This document shows positions 29,422 to 38,590 of a stretch of 64,000 nucleotides of DNA, in pieces. Each line of letters begins with the position of its first letter. Position 1 is the stretch's first letter. The position numbers and the translations under genes were made by a program. This stretch comes from Candidatus Eiseniibacteriota bacterium (lineage in GTDB: Bacteria > Eisenbacteria > RBG-16-71-46), in contig JANMQY010000030.1 of NCBI GenBank assembly GCA_031370785.1, forward strand, positions 19,085-83,084. The letters run 5' to 3'. The notes below the pieces were generated by a model, which was given only the letters and a program-made list of their open reading frames with translations, ran no database searches and had not been told where the DNA came from.

Positions 29422-32400
29422 TCAGTTCATGACTACCATCTTGCGTGTGGCGTGCTGGTTCCCGAGCTGGAGCCGGTAGAAATACACGCCGCTCGGCACC
29501 TGTCGGCCGGAGTCGTCGCGGCGATCCCAGAGGATCGCCCTCCGCCCCGCCGGCTGAAACTCCGAAGTGACGGTCCGGATCCTCTCGCCCCGAACTCCGA
29601 ATACCGTGAGCTCCACGCGTCCCGACCGCGGCAGCGCGTAGCGGATCAGGGTTCCGGCCCCGGCCACCGGGTTCGGCGCGTTCTGCTCGAGCGCGAACCG
29701 CACCGGCACGTCGCCATCGACGCTCACGTTCGGATTGCCGTTCACATCGAACGTCCGCGGCGAGGCTGGACCCCAGTTTCCAGCCTCGTCCCTCCCGCGG
29801 ACCCAGAGGGTGATCGCGCCGGCGGGCAGAATCCGGACACGGATCACGCCCGAGACCTCGACATCGCCGTCCTCGAATGTGCCGTCCATCCACATTCCCC
29901 GTCCGGCGGGCGCCGGCTGGACGCCCTGCGACCACTCCGCGCCATTGACGCGGGAGCCTCCGGTCGCGAGATCCGACACACGTGCGAACAGGGTGGACAC
30001 GGTCTCGTTGTTCATCGGGTTGGGATTCGTGCGCACCGACCCGGCCACGACCACCGGCCCGGCGATGTCGCCACCCGCGCGCTGGATGGCGAAGTCGCCG
30101 TCCGAGGCATCGCGCCCGTTCAGCGACGGACTGCCGTTGTCCGCCACATCCACGCGAGCGCGGTAGGTGCCGCCGTTGGTGAGACCGCTCACGTCCCATG
30201 CGTAGGGCGATGCACCAGCGTTCGCGGTCACGAGCTGCCACGAGCGGCCGCCGTCCGCCGAGTAGCGAATCGAGCGCGCGGCGATCGTCGCGCTTCCGTG
30301 AGGCGCCTCGGTCCACGAGACCGGGATCGTGCTGTCCGCGATCACCTCGCCACCGTTCGGGCTCGCTACCGTCACGTCCGGATGGTCGTTGCCGATCAGC
30401 CATACCAGCGAGCGATCCAGGATGTCGACGCGATCCGCAACGTTCACCAGCTGCGCCCATTCGAAGGCGTTGTAGAGCAGCTTGCTGGGCGTGCCGCCCC
30501 ACACCGCGTCGGAGGCGTTCCCGTTGGGAGTCGCGCTCTCCCAGCGCAGCGCGATGTTGTCGGGCGTGGCGTCGGTGTTGCGCCAGACGTAGGCGCCCGT
30601 GCCCGAGCCCGGGACCAGCTCGATCTCATCGCCGCTTGCGCCCTGACGGTGCCCGACGTAAGGAACGCCGGCGACGTAGGGATCGCTGATCGGGTCGGTC
30701 GCGACGCCCTGGTTCACGACCCATGCCGCGGGGTCTTCGAGGAAGCGCGCGTGGAGCGTGTTCTGGAGCCAGGCCTTTCGCGCCGGCGTGTACTGGCCGG
30801 AAGCCGGATCGGTGAACGCCCAGGCGATGTCGTGACCGTTCATCGCCAGGCGCGCTCCACCGGCCATGAGCCGGTCGAGCGAATCGCGCGCCGCGTCCGG
30901 GACCGGCGGATACTGCTCCTGCCCCACCTGCCACCACACCGCGGTGAACGATCTCAATCCCGCGTTGCGGTTACCGACAAGCGGATTGGTGATCGTGCCT
31001 CCCTCCAGCACCGCCGGGTTCCAGCCGCGCTCGAGCAGAGCGTCTACGTACGTGTTGGTGGCGGGGAAGCTTCCATCGCCGATCACGACCAGGATGTCGC
31101 CGCGACGGCCGCTCACGAAGCGGTAGTGACTGCCACCGTTGTCGTCACGCGTGAGATTGCCGCCCTGGTCCTTCGATTCGACGTCGTAGAAATATTCGGT
31201 CTCCGGCTGGAGCCCGCTGAGCAGCACCGCGTGCGAGAGCACCAGCTCCGGATACGCCTGCGTTGCCTGCCCGAGCGCCTGCGTCGTGCCGTAGTACACG
31301 CGGCTCGACGCCTGCACGTTGGTCGCCCAACCCACGAGCTGGGTCTCGCCCCGCTCGGTCGCGCCCACTCCTGTGATCACCGGCCCGTCGAAGTCGACCG
31401 ACGCGGTCGCGCTGACGACTCCTGCCGGGGCGGCGTCCGAGTAGCTGACTGTCACGGCGTCGCCGTGTGAGACCGAGACCTTGCCGTCGCCCGAGGGCTG
31501 CAACCACGTCGTGGCGATCGAGCCGGTGAAGACACCGCCGCCGCCTGAAAGCGTGAGCGCCTCGGGTGTCGACTCGGTGCTCGACGACACGCTCACCGTG
31601 ACCGGACCCACCGCGTCCGCGTCGTCGACGCGCACCTGGATCTGATCGTCGCGTCCGTAGACGTGACGATCGAGGCTGAGCAGCCCGCTCACGTTGCCGA
31701 CCCCGCCGGTGGCGGCGATCGCGAACGGCTGCGGACCGAAGGGCACGTTGGTGCCGCCCACCCGGATCGTCCACCGCCCGGCGAACGGAACGTTCAGGCG
31801 CACGCCTTCTTCGACATTGAGGATGTCCGCGGTTCCGCCCGGCACCGACTGGCTATTGGTGAGCACGTTGCCGAGGTAGCTCACGCCGTTGGGATCGGTC
31901 ACCGTGAGGTCCAAGTCGTTGACCAATTGGGTGAGCGAGGCCGGGTTGCCCTCGCGGTCCGTCCAGCACAGTGTGATCTTGAGCGGCACCGAAGTGTTCG
32001 TGACGTAGAGCTGGTACTCGGCGTACTGGCCGGTGGTGAGCCCCGCGTTGTCGTCCACCAGCGCGGTGCGGATCGCATCGCCCGGGAAGAACAGCGCGTT
32101 GTCGAGCTTCATCCGCCCCCAGCCCACCGCGTTGTCGGGCAGCGCGTGCCCCGGCATGTCGTCGTCGGTCGAGCTGATCGACATCGCCTTGATCAGCGCC
32201 GCGCTCGGGATGAAACCATTCGCCGGGTTCGGCGCTCCGGTCGGATACCAGCCGTCGGTCAGGTACTGCCGGATCAGCGTCGCGGCGCCGGCGGCCGTCG
32301 GCGAAGCCATGCTGGTGCCCGCGAGTCCCTTGTAGCCGGTGTCGTTCGCGCCATTGGCCGAGCTGATTCCGCTCAATGGCGTGACGCCATCGCCCGGCGC

Positions 32401-33963
32401 GCAGATCGTCGGCTTCCTGCGCCCGTCCTCGGCCGGGCCTTCGCTGCTGAACGACGCCTTCACACCCGAGGCGGCGCCGTTCTGCGTCGCGCCCACGCTG
32501 ACGCAGTTCTTCGCGACCGCCGGTGAGCCGACCTGCGCCGCGGTGAAGGTGTTGCCGTTGGAGAAGAAGATCGTGAAGTCCTTGTGGTCCCACATGAACT
32601 GATCGACCGTCATCGCGTTGACGTCGTAATTGTTCGAGGCCGCGCCCCAGGAGTTGGACGACACGCGCGCCGCGCCGCCGGGATTGCCGAGGTAGGGCGG
32701 TTCGAACAGCAGATTCAGATCGCCCGGGGCGGTGATCGAGTTGGTGTCGTTGCCGGCGTCGGTGAAGAAGATCTTGGCCTTCATCGCCTGCCCGTCGCGC
32801 AGATCGGCAGCGAACGGAGAGTCGTCGCCGCAGATCGTGCCCGCGGTGTGCGTGCCGTGGAACGACGCGCCCGACACGTCGCCGAACCGGATTCCCGGAA
32901 GCGCGGCGCGGTAGGCGATGATCTTGCGGTGCGTCGGGAAGTCGCCGAAGGTCGTGATCGGCACCGCATTGTCGCGGAACTGGTTGTGCGAGGTCCGGAT
33001 TCCGCTGTCCGAAGTGTGCACCACCTGCCCTTCTCCGTGCAGACCCATGTCCCAGACACGGCGGCTGTTGGTGACGTTGGTCTGTACCACCCACTGCGCG
33101 GTTGAATTGTTGAGCACCGGCTGGTGATAGGGCTCGACCCACGCCACGTCGCTGCGCGACGCGATCGCCGGCGCCAGCGCGGCATCGATCGTGACCCGCA
33201 CGATCTTGTTCCGACCCGAGTCGGTGGCTTCGACGATCGATCCGCCCAACGCTTCGATGGCGCCGCGTTCGGCGGCGAGATCGGCGTCCGGGAACAGCAG
33301 GACCACCAGCGTGGTCGCGCCAATCAGCGAGTTCGACTCCGAGCTGAGTTTGTAGGCCGGCTGATAGGCGCCGACCCAGCGCACGAACGAGAGGCCCTCG
33401 AACCGGGCGCGAGCCGCATCGCTCATGCGCACGAGGAACGTATAGCGCGGAAGGTAGGAGACGACAGTGGCGCCCGCCGCCTCGAGCTGCTCGCGCTGAC
33501 CCGTCTGGATCGGCCCCGCGAACTGAACGAGATAGCTGCTCCTCTCGCCGACGGATGACTCCGTGGAGGTGAGACTCGAAACCGCCGCCGGCTCGCCGTC
33601 GCGAAGTGGATCGAAGCGGATCCCGTTGCCGAGCTGAATCTCGCCAGCGTCCGGGTACGCCGCGACCTGCTGCGTTCCGCGGCCGGCGCTGACGATCATG
33701 TCTCTCGCGGAGGTGCGGCCGGTCGAGACCACCGCGGGCGCAGCGCCCGATGGCCGAGCGGTGGCGTCGCGTGCCGCGGATGCCGGGCTTGCGGACGCCT
33801 GTGTGTCGCGACCGCCGTCCGGTTGCGGAGCCGGACGTGCGCCATAGGCGAGCGTGGCTGCGAGTGCCAGGCACGCGATGGTGGCGGCCGGTGGGATGAG
33901 CCGGCGTGCCCGAAGGGGCACAGAATGGAGTTGGGTCCTATGGGTGGGAACGCGCGGCTTCAT
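29422..33963 (-). CDS. Secreted multidomain S8 subtilase with a C-terminal FlgD-Ig/T9SS-like domain
   Basis: Catalytic DSG, HGTH and GTSMASP; GRRKP and NDLDL as in KP-43-like subtilases; QNAPNP...SGVYFYRL tail; AAGGAGG RBS. Confidence 0.92.
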   Translation of the reverse strand: MKPRVPTHRTQLHSVPLRARRLIPPAATIACLALAATLAYGARPAPQPDGGRDTQASASPASAARDATARPSGAAPAVVSTGRTSARDMIVSAGRGTQQVAAYPDAGEIQLGNGIRFDPLRDGEPAAVSSLTSTESSVGERSSYLVQFAGPIQTGQREQLEAAGATVVSYLPRYTFLVRMSDAARARFEGLSFVRWVGAYQPAYKLSSESNSLIGATTLVVLLFPDADLAAERGAIEALGGSIVEATDSGRNKIVRVTIDAALAPAIASRSDVAWVEPYHQPVLNNSTAQWVVQTNVTNSRRVWDMGLHGEGQVVHTSDSGIRTSHNQFRDNAVPITTFGDFPTHRKIIAYRAALPGIRFGDVSGASFHGTHTAGTICGDDSPFAADLRDGQAMKAKIFFTDAGNDTNSITAPGDLNLLFEPPYLGNPGGAARVSSNSWGAASNNYDVNAMTVDQFMWDHKDFTIFFSNGNTFTAAQVGSPAVAKNCVSVGATQNGAASGVKASFSSEGPAEDGRRKPTICAPGDGVTPLSGISSANGANDTGYKGLAGTSMASPTAAGAATLIRQYLTDGWYPTGAPNPANGFIPSAALIKAMSISSTDDDMPGHALPDNAVGWGRMKLDNALFFPGDAIRTALVDDNAGLTTGQYAEYQLYVTNTSVPLKITLCWTDREGNPASLTQLVNDLDLTVTDPNGVSYLGNVLTNSQSVPGGTADILNVEEGVRLNVPFAGRWTIRVGGTNVPFGPQPFAIAATGGVGNVSGLLSLDRHVYGRDDQIQVRVDDADAVGPVTVSVSSSTESTPEALTLSGGGGVFTGSIATTWLQPSGDGKVSVSHGDAVTVSYSDAAPAGVVSATASVDFDGPVITGVGATERGETQLVGWATNVQASSRVYYGTTQALGQATQAYPELVLSHAVLLSGLQPETEYFYDVESKDQGGNLTRDDNGGSHYRFVSGRRGDILVVIGDGSFPATNTYVDALLERGWNPAVLEGGTITNPLVGNRNAGLRSFTAVWWQVGQEQYPPVPDAARDSLDRLMAGGARLAMNGHDIAWAFTDPASGQYTPARKAWLQNTLHARFLEDPAAWVVNQGVATDPISDPYVAGVPYVGHRQGASGDEIELVPGSGTGAYVWRNTDATPDNIALRWESATPNGNASDAVWGGTPSKLLYNAFEWAQLVNVADRVDILDRSLVWLIGNDHPDVTVASPNGGEVIADSTIPVSWTEAPHGSATIAARSIRYSADGGRSWQLVTANAGASPYAWDVSGLTNGGTYRARVDVADNGSPSLNGRDASDGDFAIQRAGGDIAGPVVVAGSVRTNPNPMNNETVSTLFARVSDLATGGSRVNGAEWSQGVQPAPAGRGMWMDGTFEDGDVEVSGVIRVRILPAGAITLWVRGRDEAGNWGPASPRTFDVNGNPNVSVDGDVPVRFALEQNAPNPVAGAGTLIRYALPRSGRVELTVFGVRGERIRTVTSEFQPAGRRAILWDRRDDSGRQVPSGVYFYRLQLGNQHATRKMVVMN

Positions 33964-34212
33964 GACGACCTCCTTGGGCCTGGAAGCAGAAGCTGGTCGG
34001 CATGGCGTCCGACGCCACGGGCGAAAGCTCGCGACGCCGAGAACCCAGCCATGTGCTCCGAAGCATCGAGGAGTCGGCTTGAGAACGGCTTGAGTGGCGG
34101 AGGTCGAGTGAGGGGGCCGGGCGCAACACACCGGACCTAGCCTGCTCCAGCACCGCGAGTTGGCGCGGGCGCGAGCTTCAGCCAGTCGAGGTCGGCGACA
34201 TCACGCCAACCT

Positions 34213-34500
34213 CTAACGCGCGCGGTCGTCGCCTTCGAACATGAAGCCGGCCCAGTAGTAGGGATGGACCGTTCGGCCCTCGGCGCGGCGCGCGAGCAGC
34301 ATCGTCTGCGACGCGCGCCGGGCCGCGGCGGCGCCGTCGAGCCCGAGCCGGAAACGCGCGTCGTACAGTTCGCGCATCCACGCTGCGGTCGCTGTCCGCG
34401 GGATCCTTCGCGGTGGCTCGCAGATTGGCGCCGGCGAGCGCGAGGCCCGCGCGCAGCAGCGGCTGGCGCGCCGCGAGGGCGACCGCCTCCTCGCTGCGTG
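34213..34500 (-). pseudogene. CHAT-domain C-terminal remnant
   Basis: PLLRAGLALAGAN in one frame; ATAAWMRELY...HPYYWAGF in another. Confidence 0.65.
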
Positions 34501-34720
34501 CACTTCGGAGGGCCCGCGCGAAGAGTTCTTCGACGCGGCGACCTGCCTTGCCGGCATTCTGATCCCCGCCGATGTGCTGACACCCGGAGACTACCGACTC
34601 GAAGTCCGTCCGAGCACCGCTGCGCCACCGGCCTTCACGAGCTGGTTCCGCGTGTTGCCTGCCCGCGCCGGACCGTGAGGTCGGTGGCCGCGGCAACGGG
34701 GCTCCCCGCGCGCGCTCCCA

Positions 34721-34758
34721 AGAGAAAGGGCGGCGTCCGAAAGGACGCCGCCCCTCTC
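34721..34758 (-). terminator. Intrinsic terminator
   Basis: 11-bp stem gggcggcgtcc/ggacgccgccc followed by TTTCTCTT on the minus strand. Confidence 0.8.
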
Positions 34759-34793
34759 CGCGCGAGGCCCGCGCGGTGCTTCGACTGCCTCGA

Positions 34794-36773
34794 TCAGCGC
34801 ATGAACGCCACGCGCTGCGTGGTCACACCTTCCGACGTCCCGAGCGAGATGAAGTACACGCCTGCCGGCACGCCGATCATGCGATCGGTCTTGCCATCCC
34901 AATTGCGCGTGTACTCGCCGGGGAGCATCATCCCCTCGTGGATCGTGCGGATCCGGCGTCCGGTCGCGTCCGCGACCGTGAGCCGCACGAACTCGGGGCG
35001 GCCGATGCGGAACACCACCGACGTGCCATTCGAGGCCGGATTCGGAGAAGGCGCGCTCAGCATCGCGCGTCCCGTGAACAGCGCGAGGCGGCTCGCCGAG
35101 GCCAGCCCCATGTAGGACGTGTCTCCGGCGCGGTCCGTCACCCGCAGGCGGTAGAAGTAGTTCGTGCCCGGCTGAGCCCCGGTGTCGAGCGCGAGAGTGG
35201 CCTGGCCCTCGGAGCTCAATTCGGTCTGGATCGGGCCCCACGGTCCTGGCTCCGCGATCGCGCGCTCCACGGTGATCCCGATCACGTCGGACGGATCGCC
35301 GAACTGCCAGCGCAGCAGGACGCCATCGCTCCGGCCTTCGGCGACGAACTGCGCGAGCGTCGTCGCCGTCGCGAAGTCGAACCACCCGATGTCCTCGAAG
35401 TGGTAGCGCGTGAGATCCACGCTGTCGTGGAGGTCGTTGTTGATGGCCGGTTCCATCAGCGCGTTCGGCAACATCGAGACGTCCCAGTGGGACACCGACG
35501 AGCCGCTCGCGAATGGATTCGGGGCGTACATCAGCGGATGACCGGCGTTGTCGGCACCCGCCTTGTTCACCGGATCGAGATTGAGCGTCACGTTCACGCC
35601 CGAGCCGAGATTCGCCTTGATGGCATTGCCATCGGCCTGCGAGATGCCGACGGACGGGATCGTGATGGTGGGATCCGAGCCGCCCATGCCCGGCAGGCCG
35701 GCCGCGACGTTGTTCGCGATGATCACGCCGATCGCGCCCGCGTTCTGCGCGGCCTTCACCTTGATCACGAACGTGCACGTGCCGCGGTCGATGAGCGCGA
35801 TGTTGCCGCTGATCGCCGCTGCGTTGGCGGCCGGCTCGCACCCGTCGTTGATGTTCGGGGCGACGCCGTCGTCATAGAGCACGACGTTGCCGGTGAGACC
35901 GCTCGCCGTGATCGCCGGCCCGAAGGACGCCGCCTGCACGGCATAACTGCCGGCGATGACGCCGGGTGAATTGATGAGCATGCGCGGACGCTGCGTCAGG
36001 TAGGAGCCCGCGGCCGTAACCGCCGCCGCACCGTCCCACACCAGTCCATTCACGCTGATCGCCGACGCCACCCGCTGCGCCGGGGTCTCCTGGTCCCAGT
36101 GAAGGCCCGTGGCGTTGTCCAGAAGGTACTTGTCGAAGATGCTCGGGAACGAGCTGTTGTAGTTGCCGCTCGACCCGCTGGTGGTGGTGCTGAAGCCGAG
36201 GCCGTGCCCGATTTCGTGGAGCACGACCGGGAGGAGCTCGATGTTGGCGCCCTCGAGGCCGTCGTAGCCGTAGTACCAGTAGATCGGAGGAGAGCCGAAG
36301 CATCCGGTATCGATGCTCAAGTTGAACGTGGCGTTGATGTCGGGATTGGTGGGGCTTAGATCCGCGAAAAAGAGCCGGTTCGCGAGCGACTGGTGGTACC
36401 AGTGGCCTGCAACCAGCGCGCCCGCGAAGTCGCGATGGATCGTGGTCGGCCCGGCGCTGCCCAGCACCGCGCTGGTGGGAGTACAGGTCTGTGCCGCGAA
36501 CTGCGCCCGCACCAGGATCGGGACCGTGCTGGGCAATATTCCGCCCCAGATGTTCGCCGCGTACTGGAACACGTTCAGTCGTTGTTGCCCGAGCGTGGTG
36601 CCCGGGTTGCCGCCGACCGGCGCGACCGGGGTGGGATCGTTGAAGCCCACGCCCGGGAGGTTGTTATTGACGATGGTAATCGTCGCGGCGCCAGCCGATC
36701 CGAATACGAGCGCGAGCGACGATGCGAATAGCAGCGGCAGGACGCCGAGCGAGATGCCTTTCGTGGTCGCCAT
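34794..36773 (-). CDS. Secreted zinc metalloprotease with a PA domain and a FlgD-Ig/T9SS-like tail
   Basis: HEIGHGLGF, PA motif IALIDRGTCTFVIKVKAAQNAGA, SSVSHWD, PNP...AGVYF. Confidence 0.88.
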   Translation of the reverse strand: MATTKGISLGVLPLLFASSLALVFGSAGAATITIVNNNLPGVGFNDPTPVAPVGGNPGTTLGQQRLNVFQYAANIWGGILPSTVPILVRAQFAAQTCTPTSAVLGSAGPTTIHRDFAGALVAGHWYHQSLANRLFFADLSPTNPDINATFNLSIDTGCFGSPPIYWYYGYDGLEGANIELLPVVLHEIGHGLGFSTTTSGSSGNYNSSFPSIFDKYLLDNATGLHWDQETPAQRVASAISVNGLVWDGAAAVTAAGSYLTQRPRMLINSPGVIAGSYAVQAASFGPAITASGLTGNVVLYDDGVAPNINDGCEPAANAAAISGNIALIDRGTCTFVIKVKAAQNAGAIGVIIANNVAAGLPGMGGSDPTITIPSVGISQADGNAIKANLGSGVNVTLNLDPVNKAGADNAGHPLMYAPNPFASGSSVSHWDVSMLPNALMEPAINNDLHDSVDLTRYHFEDIGWFDFATATTLAQFVAEGRSDGVLLRWQFGDPSDVIGITVERAIAEPGPWGPIQTELSSEGQATLALDTGAQPGTNYFYRLRVTDRAGDTSYMGLASASRLALFTGRAMLSAPSPNPASNGTSVVFRIGRPEFVRLTVADATGRRIRTIHEGMMLPGEYTRNWDGKTDRMIGVPAGVYFISLGTSEGVTTQRVAFMR

Positions 36774-36776
36774 GGC

Positions 36777-37316
36777 CTAACGCTCCTCCGGCTGGGGGAC
36801 GACGGCGTTGGTGGCCGGGACCTGCGTGGGATTCTGCACGCACTTCACGACGCGCTTGCCCGAGGGAGTCATCTGGACGACGTAGTACTCCTGGAAGCGG
36901 CCCTGGAGGTCCACCATGTAGGAGCCATCCGCAAGCCGGACCTGGACCAGACCTTCGTCCGAGTCGTTGAGCAGATTGATGCCGCCGACCGGTTCCGCGC
37001 CGGCGGGTGGGGGACCGATCGTGCCGGTCTCGGGATCCTGATAGATGCGCAAGCCGGCGTCGGCCGGAGCGGAAGCAACCTCTGGCGTGCTGGTCGGCTT
37101 CGTGCGTGTCGCCTGCGTGGCCGCGGCGCGGGCCGGTGACTGGGCCACGGTTGCGAGCTGCGGCGTCGAAATCGGTGCCGGCGTCGTGGCGATCGCGTCG
37201 GCCGGACGGGGCGTCGCTCCTGCATCGGCGCGGTGTCCTGCGCCGCGTACGAACGTCGCAGCCACGGCGAGCACGAACAGCAGCAACAGCAAACGGATCG
37301 TAGCAATTCGTTTCAT
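36777..37316 (-). CDS. Exported protein, post-PEP-CTERM-1-domain-like
   Basis: Signal peptide, Pro/Thr/Ala linker, DPETG...EGL...VDLQGRF; stops 3 nt before the protease start. Confidence 0.7.
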   Translation of the reverse strand: MKRIATIRLLLLLFVLAVAATFVRGAGHRADAGATPRPADAIATTPAPISTPQLATVAQSPARAAATQATRTKPTSTPEVASAPADAGLRIYQDPETGTIGPPPAGAEPVGGINLLNDSDEGLVQVRLADGSYMVDLQGRFQEYYVVQMTPSGKRVVKCVQNPTQVPATNAVVPQPEER

Positions 37317-37599
37317 GGGGCGGCTCCTCGCTGAGGTAGAGGCAACTGCGCGGGCGAGAGACGAAATAGTAGTCCGTCCCCACGGCGGATTACACGCAAG
37401 AAACGAAGACCGTTCGTTCGAAATGCGGCCGGCATGAATTTCCGCACCATGGTTCGGCCGGGACCGTTTACCGCGGTCGAACGGGCGCGGGGCCCAATCC
37501 GGCGGCCGCAATGGGCGCCGGGGCCAACCCAGCGGCCGCGCCGGGCCGATCGGCTGCGGGGTGGGGTGGTGACGCGGCTATTCGAGTCGTCGGCATACC

Positions 37600-37799
37600 G
37601 CGGTCCGAGCGACATGGTCGTGAATTCCCAGGGCCGGCTGGTGACGACGCCGGTCAACGGTTTCGAGAGCGGCGGCACGCACACGCTCACCTGGAGCGGC
37701 AGAGACGCATCGGGCGCGCGCCTCGCGCACGGCATCTACTTCGCGAGCCTCGAGGTCGACGGGCGCCGCGAGACGCGCCGCATCGTGCTGACGAACTGA
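37600..37799 (+). pseudogene. Orphan FlgD-Ig/T9SS-like C-terminal domain fragment
   Basis: QGRLVTT...LTWSGRDASG...GIYFASL with no credible upstream body. Confidence 0.6.
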
Positions 37800-37847
37800 A
37801 GGCGGGGCGGGGCGCAGGCCGCGCGCCCCGCTGAACTGCGGCCGAGG

Positions 37848-38588
37848 CTAGAGCCGCACGAGAATCGCGGCGCGCAGCGTCCGCGCCTGGAACACCACAC
37901 CGGAGTTTCGGACCTTGTGGCTGTCACCGTAGCCGCGGGATCCGGGGAAGTCCCTCGTGAAGGTCAGCCGTTCGGACCGGTAGAGCAGTGCCTGCTCGAA
38001 CTCCGCGATCGCATCGATCTTCGATGTGAGTGGCCACCGGACACCCACCGCGCCGGCGAGGCCGGCACGAAGCGTCGATGCGATCTGATCCAGAGTTCCG
38101 GTGTAGCTGAGCGTCATCGAGTCCGCGACATACTCCGCGTGCGTGACGACCTGCCGATTATGGCGGCGCGACCATCCGACCAGCGGTCCGATACCCCACG
38201 TGAATCGAACCTCATGCGAATCATCGTGCTGGCTCAATCGGAGCGCGGTGACCGCATAGTCCGAGAGATTCGTGAGCGACTCGCCCCCCTCGGTGATGAC
38301 GTAAGGTCCCGGAAAGAAGTAATCCCGATAGGTATTGGTTCCGCTCTCGGCGTTCTGATAAAGACCGAAACCGAACCGCCATGCCCGTCGGCCATCCACG
38401 CTCTCGTGCTGGAGCGTGAGGTCGGGGCCGCGCATACCCTCGAGTGCATCGCCTTGAGACCAACCGAAACCCATGGACCAGAGGTGCGAGGCAGCCGGCG
38501 TCTCAGCCTCGTCCGCTCGCACGGTCGGGCCCGATATGGTGAGCAGGCAGGTGAGCAAAATCAGACGAGAGCGCAGGCGGCAGGACAT
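37848..38588 (-). CDS. Putative outer-membrane beta-barrel protein
   Basis: Signal peptide and alternating Gly/aromatic strands; starts 2 nt after the stop of the large gene. Confidence 0.55.
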   Translation of the reverse strand: MSCRLRSRLILLTCLLTISGPTVRADEAETPAASHLWSMGFGWSQGDALEGMRGPDLTLQHESVDGRRAWRFGFGLYQNAESGTNTYRDYFFPGPYVITEGGESLTNLSDYAVTALRLSQHDDSHEVRFTWGIGPLVGWSRRHNRQVVTHAEYVADSMTLSYTGTLDQIASTLRAGLAGAVGVRWPLTSKIDAIAEFEQALLYRSERLTFTRDFPGSRGYGDSHKVRNSGVVFQARTLRAAILVRL

Positions 38589-38590
38589 GG

